A stretch of DNA of 64,000 nt from Callorhinchus milii. Its lineage: Eukaryota. The notes below the pieces were generated by a model. The model searched no databases. It saw only the letters and a program-made list of their open reading frames with translations, and was not told the origin of the DNA. This document shows, piece after piece, positions 40,365 to 51,558 of this stretch. The position numbers and the translations under genes were made by a program. The stretch is from NCBI RefSeq assembly GCF_018977255.1, contig NW_024704742.1, positions 138,696,001-138,760,000 of the forward strand, written 5' to 3'. Within the stretch, counting starts at the first letter, position 1. The number at the start of each line of letters is the position of its first letter.

Positions 40365-42880
40365 TCATAGAATCATACAGCTTAGAAAGAGGCCATTCGC
40401 CCATCGTGTCTGCGCCAGCTCCTAAAAGAGCTTCCAACTCAATCCACTTTCTCTCCATAGCCCAAATACCCATCTATTTCTCTCTTAAAAGTTGTTATTG
40501 AATCGGCTCCCACTGCCCTTTCAGGTAATGCATTCCAGATCCCAACACCTCGTTCGGTGAAAACATCTTTCCTAATCGCCCCTCTGTTTCTTTTAACAAC
40601 TATCTGAAATCGGTGTCCTCGGGTTACTGACCCACACAAGCGGAAATAGCTTTTCCCGGTTCAACCTATCAAATCCTCTCATGATCTTGAAAACCTCTAT
40701 TAAATCCCCTCTTAATCTTCTCTGCTCCGGGGAGAATAATCCTAGTTTTGCTAAACTCTCCTCATAACTAAGGTCATTCCTTCCTGGTACCATCGGGTAA
40801 ACCTCCTTTGCACCCTCTCCGATGCCCGAACATCTTTCCTAAAGTGCGGTGCCCAGAACTGAACGCAGTCTCCAACTGAGGCCTAACAGCATTTTATAAA
40901 TATTCAACATAACCTCCTGATTTTTGAATTCTATGCCCCTATTTATAAAGCCGAGTATCCCGGATGCTTTTTTAACAGCTTTATCTACCTGTCCGGCCAC
41001 CTTCAGAGATTTGCTGATGTGGACCCCCAGGTCTCTCTGTTCATTTGCCCCCTTTAAAGTTGTACCATCAGCTTATATTGCCTCTCATTCTTCCTACCAA
41101 AATGCAACACTTCGTATTTCTCCACATTAAACCTCATCTGCCACGTTTCTGCCCATTTTACCAATCTGTCTAAGTCCTCTTGGAGGCTGGTGCTATCCTC
41201 CTCACCATTAACTGATTTTTCCTAGTTTGCACATTTGGAAATTGTGCTCCGTATATCCAGGTCCAGATCATTAATATAGATCAGAAAGAGCAGTGGTCCC
41301 AATACCGACCCCAGAGGGACACCACTACACCCCTCCCTCCAGTCAGAAAGGCAACCGTTTACTACCACTCTCTGCTTTTTGACTCCTCACCAGTTTGCGA
41401 TGTCCTCCCGACATAAAAAGCGCTCTATAAATGTAATTTTGTTGTTGTTGTATTTGATTATCCTGTTTGATTTGATTGGACCTGACGTTTATCATAAGCC
41501 TCCTTTTTCTGTTTTATTTTAATCCCAATTTCCATAGTCATCCAGGCAGGTTTGACTGTCCTACCTTTCCCCTTTGTGGGAATGTATTTGTTCTGTCCCC
41601 AAACTGTCTCCTCCTTGAAGGCTTCCCATTGTTAGTTTGCTGTTTTACCTGCCAATCTTTCTTTTCAATCTATCTTGGCCAGGTCCCTTTTTAGCCTCTT
41701 CCAGTTGAGGGACTTTACCTTTGATTGATTGTTGTCCTTTTCCATAACTATTCTAAACCTAATGATATTGTGATCACTGTTATCCAGATGATTTCCTACT
41801 GAAATCTGCCCACTTAATTTCCCAGAATTAAATCCAGCTCTGCTTCCTTCCTCGTTGGGCTGGGAACATACTGATCCAGAAAGTTATCCTGCACACATTT
41901 CAGGAATTCCTCCCCCTCCTTGCCCTTTACACTGTTATTTTGCCAGTCTATGTTAGGATAATGGAGTCCTGTAGCTGAGTGGTTAGAGCACTCGCTTTGC
42001 AAGCGAGAGACCTGAGTTGAATTCCAGACAGGGCCAAACCTTGGGCAATTTTCCTTACTGCACACAGAGCCTAATAATAATCCCTCCAAAAAAAACACAA
42101 TAATAAATTGGTCATTTTCAATCCACGATTGTTTGTGGGACATTGCTGTGCGCAATTGGCTGCCGCGTTCGCCCACAAATATACAGTCAATTCACTTTAC
42201 AGTATATTCAGTGAAGCGCTTTGGGACGTCTAGAAGATGTGAAAAGCACTATATCAAATGCAAGGATTATTATTATTATTGTTATTATTATAATTGAATA
42301 ATTATAATAATAACAATAATAATAATTATTCACTACTCTGTTGGTTTTGCATCTCTCCGAAATCTGCTTGCAGATTTGCTCATCTATTTCCTTCCCACTA
42401 TTTGGAGGTCTATAGTAAATACCTAACAGAGTAACAGCTCCTTTTCTGTTCCTTAACTCTAACCAAATAGTTTCAGTTTTTGGACCCTCTAACACATCGT
42501 CCTTTTCCAGGACCGTGACCGTGTCCCTAATTAGTATTGCCAGCCCTCCTTTTTTCTCTTCCCTATCCCTCCTGAATAAGTTGTAGCCGGGAATATTCAG
42601 CTCCCATTCCTGTCCTTACTTGAGCCAAGTCTCTGTAATTGCCCCATGTGGCAACTTGAGCCGCAGCTCACCAAGCTTATTGATCACTCTCTGTTCATTT
42701 ACACACATGCACTCCAATACCAGCTTAATCCGCTCTACATTTCTCCCCCGTCTCTTTCCACTTTTTGCTGGACTATTCCTTGTTTCATTTCTATTTGTCT
42801 CTCCTTGTCCACTATGTAACTCGTTTCCCCTTCCTGATGCTACATTCTGATGCCCAACACCCCTCGAAATCTGTTCAAAC
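40365..42880 (-). mobile_element. CR1 LINE fragments with a nested SINE (41963-42330)
   Basis: RRLRGDLIEVFKIM, YYRPPNSG, FLKCVQDNFLDQYV motifs. Confidence 0.87.
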
Positions 42881-43100
42881 GCTGCCCCACAGCATTTGTT
42901 TCCTTATTGCAATTACTTCAGAGCTGAATGCTGATGATGCCATTTGCAATAGTTTGCTTATGGATACAGTACAATACTACATTTGTATAGAGTCTTTCAC
43001 GTCAGGAGGAAGTCCCAAGGCGCTGATATGTGGCTTTCTACAGGGTTGTACCTTCTAACACCTTTTAACTTGGAACTCCCCCTCCCCAAAAAATGAAGGT

Positions 43101-43465
43101 GGAGTCCTGTAGAGCAGTGGTTAGAGCACTCGCCTCACAAGGGAGAGGACCTGGGTTCAATTCCCGGCAGAGCAAAACGTTAGGCAAGTTTCCTTACTCC
43201 ATGCACCTGTTTATCTAGCAGTAAGTAGGAACCTTACTTAGTCGATTGGCGGATCGCTTTTCCAAGGGTAATAATCCCTTCAAAAAAAATAATAATTTGG
43301 TCACTCAGTGTATGACTGTTTGTGGGGACGCTGCTGTGAGCAATTGGCTCCTGCATTTTGCCCACAAAATATACAGTTAATTCACTTTACAGTATATTCT
43401 GTGAAGCGCTTTGAGACGTCTCGAAGATGTGGCAAGGCGCTATATCAAATGGAAGTATTATTGTT
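43101..43465 (+). mobile_element. tRNA-derived SINE, long subfamily, full length
   Basis: A/B boxes, central segment present, GAGACGTCTCGAAGATGTG tail. Confidence 0.88.
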
Positions 43466-43542
43466 GATGATCTACAACAATCCTTAATTGTCACATGCAC
43501 TCCACCTGTGTCGTGTTTATGTATGTTTTCACGATTTAACAG

Positions 43543-43670
43543 TTGAAATAAAGGAGACTGAGATCAATGGCATAATTGACAAAAAGCAAACAGAGATTTT
43601 GGAACTGAACAGACAGCTCCGTTTTCAGGAGAGGGAGAAACAGAGTGAGATCATCAAGCTACAGATGGAG
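43543..43670 (+). CDS. CCDC152: CCDC152 coding exon 6 (FEIKETEINGIIDKKQTEILELNRQLRFQEREKQSEIIKLQME)
   Basis: Strong similarity to recalled human ELNAKLRSQEKEKQNEIIKLQLE; AACAG acceptor, GAG|GTACTG donor. Confidence 0.95.
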
Positions 43671-43859
43671 GTACTGAAATGCAATGATCTCTAGAATGTT
43701 AATTCAGTCTTTCACTGTTAATGTTGCTGGTAGGTGATGTATTACAATTAGGTAACCACTGATCAGTCTGCAAAAAATAAGTTTTGGTACCCTGGAAAAT
43801 TCTTCAATCCTGTCTTAATTTTGAAGCCTTTGCAATTTTTTTTAGAACAACAATTAACA

Positions 43860-44840
43860 TGAAATCATAGAATCTCACAGCATAAAAGGAGGCCATTCAG
43901 CCCATTGTGCCTGTGCCGGCTCTGAAAGAGCTGCCAGCTAATCCCACTCTTACCCCAAAGCCCTGCACATTCTTCCTTTTCAAGTACCTTTCCAATTCCC
44001 TTTTAAAACCTACTACAGAAACTGCTTCCATCAGACTTTCAGGCAGTGTATTTCGGATCGTGACAACTCTCTGGATAAAAAAAAATTCTCCTCGTCTCCC
44101 CTTTGGTTGTTTTGCCAGTTATCTTAAATCTGTGTCCTCTGGTTACCAATACACATGCCAGAGTAAACTGTTTGTCCCTCTCTACTCTATCAAAACCATT
44201 CGCAATTTTGAACAACATTATTAAATCTCACCTTAACCTTCTCTGCTCTACAGAGAACAATCCCAGCCTCTCTAGTCTCTCCACATAACTAAAGTCCTTC
44301 ATCTCTGGTATCATTATTCTGATAAATCTCCGTTGGCTCCTCTCCAAGGTCCTACATCCTTTCTAAAGTGTGGTACCCAGAATTGAACACAATACTCCAG
44401 TTGAGGCCTAACCAGTGATTTATTGGGGTTTAGCATAATTTCCTTGCTTATGCCGCTATTAATAAATAATAATAATAAAGCCAACGATCCCGTATGCTTT
44501 TTTAACGATTTTATCAATTTGTCCTGCCACCTTCAAAGATTTATGTTTGTGAGCTCCTAGCTGTCTCTGCTCCTGCACCCCTTCAAAACTGTACTATTTA
44601 TCTTATATTGCCTCTCCTCATTCCTCCTCTCATAATGCATTACCTAACACTTCTCTGTATTGTCTCCATTTCACCAGTCTGTCTATGTCCTACTGTAGTC
44701 TGCTACCATCCCTCTCACTGTTTAGTACGTTCCCAAGTTTTGTGTCATGCAAACTTAATTATGCTCCTTATACCCAAGTCCAAGTCATTAATATATCAAA
44801 ATGAGCAGTGGTCCTAATACTGATTGCTGGGGGACACCGT
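43860..44840 (-). mobile_element. CR1 LINE 3' fragment
   Basis: LVRPQLEYCVQFWVPHFRKDV motif and CR1 3' tail. Confidence 0.87.
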
Positions 44841-45722
44841 ATACCGTATACCTTTCTCCAATTTCAAAAACAATGATTTACAGCGCAGAAGGAGGCCATT
44901 CGGCCCATCGTGCCTGTGCCAGCTCTTTGAAAGAGCTGCCAACTAGTCTCACTCCCCCGCTCTTACCCCAGAGCCTTGCAAATTTTACCTTTTTAAGTAT
45001 CTACAACAATTTGCATTTATATTTATATTATATTTGTGGATTGGTCACTCAATCCATGACTGTTTGTGGAACACTGCTTTGCGCAATTGGCTGCCCCATT
45101 TCGCCCATAAAATATACAGTCAATTCACTTTACAGTATATCCTGTGAAACGCTTTGAGATGTCTCAGACATGGTAAGGCGCTGTATCAAATGGAAGGATT
45201 ATTATTATTTATATAGCCTCCGTCACACGGGGTAACTTCCTGGAGCAGAGTCTGACACCGAGCCAGGGGGAGAGGGAGGGGGGAGGTGACCTTACTTAAG
45301 CATGATCAAAATGGAAGGTCTTTAGGCGGGATTTGAAGGTGGAGACAGAGTGGGAAAGGTAGAGGGATTAAGGGAGAAAGTTCCAGAGTACCTATTCTAA
45401 TTCCCTTTTGAAAGCTCATATCAAATCCACAGTAAATATGTCAGAAAATCTACCACAACAACAAGTTCACGTTACAGACCTTTTCACATCGGAAACTCAG
45501 TATTTTTCCAAGAACATCACTGTAAAATAGTCAATATAATGTTGTATAGGATATTATTTAATTGGGTGTAATAGACTTTTGACCAAGGATGGCCATTACA
45601 GCTACAATCAAACTGAAAATGGGTTTTCCCTATCTCTTGGCTATATCTATTTCAAGAGCATCTGCAAATTAGATAGAACCGTTAGATGAATACCTTTCAT
45701 AAGTATTGTGTCATTCATGCAG

Positions 45723-45812
45723 TTTAACTCCAAGCTGGTGCGAATCCAGAGCACGTCAGTGAAATCACCACACCAGGATTCCTCTGCACTGCCACAGAAT
45801 ATCTTCAAGAGG
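45723..45812 (+). CDS. CCDC152: CCDC152 coding exon 7 (FNSKLVRIQSTSVKSPHQDSSALPQNIFKR)
   Basis: TGCAG acceptor, AGG|GTGAGT donor; resembles human FDAKLARVQ...QDSTVLPQSIYRR. Confidence 0.94.
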
Positions 45813-47228
45813 GTGAGTCCACAAACGATACATCAGATCGAGTGTTGGTTTATTTAGATATAATGTTTTTTCTTTTGATGAACAGCAGAAATTGTTTTCA
45901 TTTAGATAAATTTCTCTCCTCTCTCTGTCAATTGCTTTCATATATTCTGTACATATTATCTATAAAAACTAAAATGGAGAGGAATAATCCAGAGGAATAA
46001 AAGTACTGATTTTCTTTGGTCTTTAAAGTTATAAAAAATATTCTAAATTTCCTGTATGTATAAAGTACAGAATAACAATAACTTGATGTGTCAAGAAAAC
46101 AGTGTGTCTGATGATGCTGGAACAATAACAATGACTTGCATTTATATAGTGCCCCTCACGCAGGGCAGAGTCCCAGAGCGCCTGACAATGGCAGAACACA
46201 ATGCCGAACAAGGGGAAGGCGCGGGGAGAGGTGACCGTAGGCACATCAAAGAGGAACAATAAGTTTACATTTATGTAGCTCCTTTCACATTGGAAGGATG
46301 TCCCAAGTGGTTAGATAATATTTTGCCCACAAAATATACAGTCAATTGACTTTACAATATATTCTGTGAAGCGTTTTGAGATGCTGACCAGGTTATATAC
46401 AGATTCGGTAAATCTCAGGGAAAGGCCGGGGAAGTTGAGGAGGTCAGAGCCGCAGGAGAGAAGACGTTGACGGGAGCCAAGGAATATGATTTCCGTCTTT
46501 CAACATTCAGCTGCAGGAATTTTGTGCTCATCCAGGCCCTGATGTCTGCAGGGGGAGAGGTAGATTTGGGTGTCATCCACGTGCATGTGGAAGTTCACCC
46601 CATGTCTACAGATGACTTTGGCGATTTTATTTTTGACACGTGCGGAAACCGTCACCATGCTTAAGAGTATCCAAACCAATCCCGAGAATTCCATGCATCC
46701 CACCAACACAAGGAAATTCCAAAGGTCGATTGTTGGAATGAAATGCGCTCTCTAGAGGGATGCATCCTGCTTATCTAATTCCGGAAAGTGTTCGGCGCAG
46801 ATTGTCAAGCGCCAATGCTTGGAGAGCACCAATTCTGTGTTAGGGAAACTGTTGGAGACTAACCAGCTAAAAATACATAGCTTGCCATTGATATCACTGT
46901 CTGGTAAACTTCCCCACTGCTTATCCAGCTAGGACTACCCTACCCATTGGGGCTTTGGCTTGCAGGGTTAACAGGAGCTGAGTGGGATGCCTCTCTGCCC
47001 CCTGTTACAGCTCTTTTCCATCATCAAATTTATAGCAAATATTGAGAATGTGCTTGATTTTAAGTTCTTTAGTTTCAGGCTCCAATATACTATCCAGCAT
47101 GAAGGATGCCATATAAATGAATGAAAGTTGTTGTCATTCTTTATCAGTTGCAAGCAAGTCTCTCAAGGCTTGGACTAGGGTGTAAGTCGCCTGTAGGGGA
47201 AATATTGGGGTGTTTCTATTTTTAACAG

Positions 47229-47351
47229 AAGCTGATGCACCTGCAAGAGGAGAAAAATCGAGAAATCTCAGCCCTTCGCCAGACCATCCAGGAGCTTGAA
47301 CAACAACTGAGTGGCAGCCAGGACAATCGTCTTAAGCGACGAAGATTTTAA
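47229..47351 (+). CDS. CCDC152: CCDC152 last coding exon (KLMHLQEEKNREISALRQTIQELEQQLSGSQDNRLKRRRF*)
   Basis: Characteristic LKRRRF C-terminus, TAA stop; spliced CDS totals 750 nt = 249 aa + stop. Confidence 0.95.
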   Translation, partial: KLMHLQEEKNREISALRQTIQELEQQLSGSQDNRLKRRRF

Positions 47352-47671
47352 CACAAAATTATTTTTGTTCAACTAAAAGAGGTGGTTGTGGCACTGCACT
47401 GTTCAGCTCCTTGGAGGCCACGTGTATATTTGTTGAATAAGTTAAAATGTAAGATGCACCACATAAAGATATTTAGATCACAGTTGCTGTTTGAAGGAAG
47501 TAAAATTCAGTGGAGTGGGTGACACTGAGTGTGGAGTTATTCAACATGATTGTCCAGCGCCTTGGGACGTCCTCCCGATGTGAAAGGCACTTTACAAGTG
47601 TAATTTAGTTGTTGTAGTGTTGGTTAAACAGACATCAAACAGGACTCCCACTGAATATTACAAATTGAATG

Positions 47672-47680
47672 TTTATTAAA
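47672..47680. terminator. Overlapping poly(A) signals: AATAAA on - (SELENOP) and ATTAAA on + (candidate for CCDC152)
   Basis: TTTATTAAA lies ~80 nt past SECIS2 on - and ~320 nt past the CCDC152 stop on +. Confidence 0.6.
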
Positions 47681-47754
47681 ACCTTCCTACAGAAGTGTTC
47701 TAGTATGTTACAAACGTTTAGAAAATCTGTCCCAACTTCTATTTTGGCAGCATT

Positions 47755-47820
47755 TATCATACAGAGATTCAGATTAACTAGGGTCAATGGATTTCCTAGT
47801 CACCATCATGGAGTATGATG
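47755..47820 (-). promoter_or_regulatory. SELENOP: SECIS element 2 (type 1-like) of the SELENOP 3' UTR
   Basis: Minus strand ATCATAC..ATGA-TGGTGACTAGG-AAA-TCCATTGAC-CCTAGTTAATC-TGA..GTATGAT: AUGA/GA core, ~11-nt upper helix, apical AAA, lower helix. Confidence 0.9.
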
Positions 47821-48477
47821 CCTGATTCCAAACAAACTGTAATAACCTTTCATCTTCATTCTGACATACCAGAAGCAAAACAAGAAGCAAATTAATAAGA
47901 ATAATCACTGCCTACTGGTTTCTGATTCATAAACTTTAAAAAAAAGCAGTGTTTTTTGATTGCTTAGTAATTTTAAGTAGAATGAAAATGCAGTTATTGG
48001 AAACACATTTTAGTATTAAACATGGTGATTTCACTGCCTTCACCTTCATTTCTATGGGAAAGGCTTTTGTCTTCTTGTTATTTTACTTCTACACCTCATC
48101 ACAGGTTAAACTGGATGTATTTCCCTGATTAAGTAAAACATATTTTCTCATTTAAAACATAGATATTTTTCTTGTGATGCCAATGGAGAGAAAAGTCACA
48201 GGAAGACAAAGTAAAGAAAGATTCCCTTTTTACAGCGGGGAAACCAAATTGATAGAGGCCAAAACATGTTAATGTAGGTGAAGCATAGGTCATGTAAAGG
48301 AAAACTTCAATTAACTGTTATTTTGTTGCTTTAAGATTGCAGCCAATGTTTAAGAATATAAGTTTTCTTTCAGAAAAAGTGTTTTGTAATGTTTGCTTTT
48401 GAAAGCTTATAAAACTCCCTGTTCGAAATATTTCCAGTTGTTCTCCATTTAGTCGATTAGCTTTCCCACTTCACTTT

Positions 48478-48575
48478 TTTTTCCATTTGTGTTTGCCTTA
48501 CATCAGACAGCAGCTCCTACTGGGTAGTTTGTGCTGAGGTCCTCACAAATGCAACCAGAATAGTTGGAAGAAAAG
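48478..48575 (-). promoter_or_regulatory. SELENOP: SECIS element 1 (type 2, GUGA core) of the SELENOP 3' UTR
   Basis: Minus strand TTTTCTTCCA..TTGCATTT-GTGA-GGACCTCAGCAC-AAA-CTAC-CCA-GTAG-GAGCTGCTGTC-TGA-TGTAAGGCAA..TGGAAAA: core, helix 2, AAA bulge, apical mini-stem; flanks resemble mammalian SELENOP SECIS1. Confidence 0.88.
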
Positions 48576-49060
48576 CAACAGTGGCAATAATTAATCCCGA
48601 ATTAACACTGAATGTCCATAATACTGTTAGGTAACATATTCTCCCTCGTGTTGTTAGATCAGGAATTGTAAAGCACTTTAAACCTGGGGAAGGGTTGCAA
48701 TTTGAAATGGGAAGTTCAATTCTGTATTTTGATGTAAAAGCCATTCATTGTTGTGGGTTAATTCTCAGATTTGCCATATTTATTAATTGCTGTTGGGACA
48801 TCTAAGGTCAAACTATAATCAAAGCATTTAATACGATAGCAGTCAGACAGACTGTACTTAAAAATACCGTAGATTTCTGTTTGTGTCTTATTCAAAGTAA
48901 TTACATTGTGAAATGTGAAGATTTTATGATTTTATATTTGGCTTCAAACTGTCATAAAAGAAAGCTGTTTCACATTGAAAATAAACGTTCCAAACCAAGT
49001 GCTTCCTATTCCTCCATTGGTCACAATCAAGTGTTAAAATGTCGGGCTTGTCTGTGTAAT

Positions 49061-49651
49061 TTAGCTCTGACTATTTTCTGGTCAACTGGCAGCAGAGAGC
49101 GAGCGTCACTGTCAAACCTCAGGAACGTTGCCTTCAGACTTTGGCTGCTGTCACCATCAGGATGATGGGAGGTGGGTTTTGCGGCACTGTCAGGTGACCA
49201 CATTGTGTGAGAGGTCGCTCCCAAACAGCTGACGTCAGTGTCAGGCTCAGCTGACTGGAGCTACCTCTGACCTCACTTCTGGTATACATTTGAATTTCAT
49301 TACTCTTCAAGGGCGTATCTGTAGACTATGCTGGTTCCGCTGTACTCTGGGGCTGTTGGCTGTTGGTCCATCACTTGTTCCTGCCATACTTTCCTCTCGA
49401 TGACCTGAGTTGTTGTGATGGTTCTTGTGATGACGTTGATGATGGCGGTGCTGCCGCCTTCGGTGGGGATCTTGCTCTTCGCCTGGCCCAGTCATGTTTA
49501 ACAGAAGTTGTGTATGTGTGTTGAGGCCACTATCAGGTTGAGCATCAGCCTTATTCACTGATTTAACTACTCCACGACGATGATTCTGTACTGTTTTGTC
49601 AGCAGTGTTTTCTTCTGTTGCACTTGTTGAGTTACATGCTTCAACATATTG
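49061..49651 (-). CDS. SELENOP: Selenoprotein P last coding exon: His/Arg-rich linker and Sec-rich C-terminal domain (10 UGA-Sec)
   Basis: CACAG acceptor; ...QIRP-U-RVMKFKCIPEVRSEVAPVS-U-A-U-H-U-RQLFGSDLSHNVVT-U-QCRKTHLPSS-U-W-U-QQPKSEGNVPEV-U-Q-U-RSLSAAS-U-PENSQS-TAA; in-frame TGA codons start at 49309, 49249, 49243, 49237, 49192, 49159, 49153, 49114, 49108, 49084. Confidence 0.95.
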
Positions 49652-50592
49652 CTGTGGGTATAAGCAAATGACATTTCAAACCCTTTCACATGCTTAATAA
49701 GCTTTTCACTGCATAAGCTTTTCAAAGCTTATTCTCTCTGATATTCAAAACCATAAAGGTAATGATTGTGATTTTTTTAAATAATGTTTATTTGCCCTGG
49801 ATTATGCCAATGTAAGATACCACAGTGGAGTCCAATAATGTAATAATAATAATTCTTGCATTTGATATAGCACCTAATCATGTTTTTGAGGCATCTCAAA
49901 ACGCTTCACAGAATATATTGCAAAGTGAATTGACTATATTTTTGTGTAGGGGTTAGTGCTCTCGCCTCGCAAGCGAGAGGACTTGGGTTCAATTCCCAGA
50001 CAGGGCAAAACGGTTCCTTACTCCACACACTTCTGTTTACCCAGCAAGTAAATAGGAACCCGGTTGTTAGTTGATTGTCGAATCGCTTTTCCGGGGGTAA
50101 TAATCCCTTTTAAAAATAAATAAATAATTTGGTCACTAAATCCACAACTGTTTGTGGGACTCTGCTGTGTGCAATTGGCTGCCACATTTCATCCATAGAT
50201 ATACAGTCAATTCACTTTACAGTGTATTCAGTGAAGCGTTTTGAGATATCTCAAAAACACGATAAGGCGCTATATCAAATGCAAGGATTATTATTATTTT
50301 CAAAGCTTAGTCTATCTGATGTACAAAACTATAAAGGTTAAGATTGTGATTTTTTTAAAAACACCCATTGTCCTAGTTTATGCCAATATAAAAGACCATT
50401 CTGAGGCAGACTTGTGCATTGGCCATTCGATTTATATTTGGACAGCCCGGTATTTGACTCAGGCTAAAGTATATAGAAACCATCACCATGCTTAAGAGTC
50501 TGCAATCCAAACCACTGAGTATTCCACACATAAATGTTCCAATTCACATCATTGAATAATATTAAACTTAAAACGTATTGATTGATTCTTAC

Positions 50593-50710
50593 CATTACAG
50601 AGCAGCCACTGCAGATATTTTGACAGTAAGTCATCCTAATTGCAGTCTCCACATATGGTAGGGTTAGTAAGGTGTAGGGCAGACCCAGGTGGTAGGTCAA
50701 ATGGCCACAT
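50593..50710 (-). CDS. SELENOP: Selenoprotein P coding exon 3 (CGHLTYHLGLPYTLLTLPYVETAIRMTYCQNICSGCSVM)
   Basis: Resembles human CGRLVYHLGLPFSFLTFPYVEEAI..YC...C..C; CACAG / GTAAGA splice sites, 118 nt. Confidence 0.97.
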
Positions 50711-51345
50711 CTGTGAAGAAGCCATGAACAACATGTAAAGTATGTTATTTTCACAGTCATAAGTTTTGTCAAACATAAATTTTCAGTACTGAAAGAAATT
50801 ATTCTGGTCAATACAATTGGCTGCTGGGTAAAATGTACAGTAAATTCACTTTAGAGTATATAAGAGCATAAGCATTTGCTAGGTGAAAGAAGACCAAGGT
50901 CCATCTAATTTGCCTTCCATCATCCTAGCAGTTGCTTGACATGCCATTGTCCCAAACTATATACGTATCCCAAGATATTATTTTCTATTCTCTGTGAAGC
51001 GCTTTGAGATGTCGCGCAGATGTGCTAAGGCTATATCAAAATCTCAAGACTCCTCTTTGACTGTGACTTCAGCCTCCCTCCCGTCACCATCAACACGCAC
51101 ACTCCACCCCTCTTGTTTCCATCCTCCAGCTTGGATGCAAACCCTTAACTGTCCAGTGCCTTGCATCGCCCTTCCGACATGAAACATGTTATACAAATAT
51201 AATTCAATGCACTCTGAGACACTACCTGTGTGAAGGGAGCTATATGAATCCAAGATGTTGTTTAATGAAACTTATGTTGAGGAAGAGGCACAATGTCAAG
51301 AGTTCTCATGTATCTCACAACAAATAACTGAGTGGAATTACATAC

Positions 51346-51558
51346 CTGTCATAGATCAGAAAGTCATCTGTAACCCCTTGTAAGAGCTTCCAGATATTAG
51401 GCTGATGAACATTCTGTTGATACACAGGAATATCCCTAGACACTAAATCAGTGAAATTCTGATACAGGTCACGTGAAAGCTTCTCTTGATGGTTTACTAT
51501 TAAGTAAGAGATGTTCACCAGGCCAGCATTTGTCAGATTTTTTCGCAGGCTATCCAAT
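51346..51558 (-). CDS. SELENOP: Selenoprotein P coding exon 2 (LDSLRKNL...NISYLIVNHQ...IPVYQQ...DDFLIYDR)
   Basis: Hallmark NISY.VVNHQ, IPVYQQ and DDFLIYDR motifs; TTTCAG / GTATGT splice sites, 213 nt. Confidence 0.97.

Noticed and set aside
48085..48160. Additional ATGA..TGA SECIS candidate on the minus strand
   Set aside because: No pairing helix 2 and no correctly spaced AA
49061..49309. SELENOP as a pseudogene because of many in-frame stops
   Set aside because: All internal stops are TGA at Sec/Cys-type positions; splice sites, SECIS elements and promoter are intact
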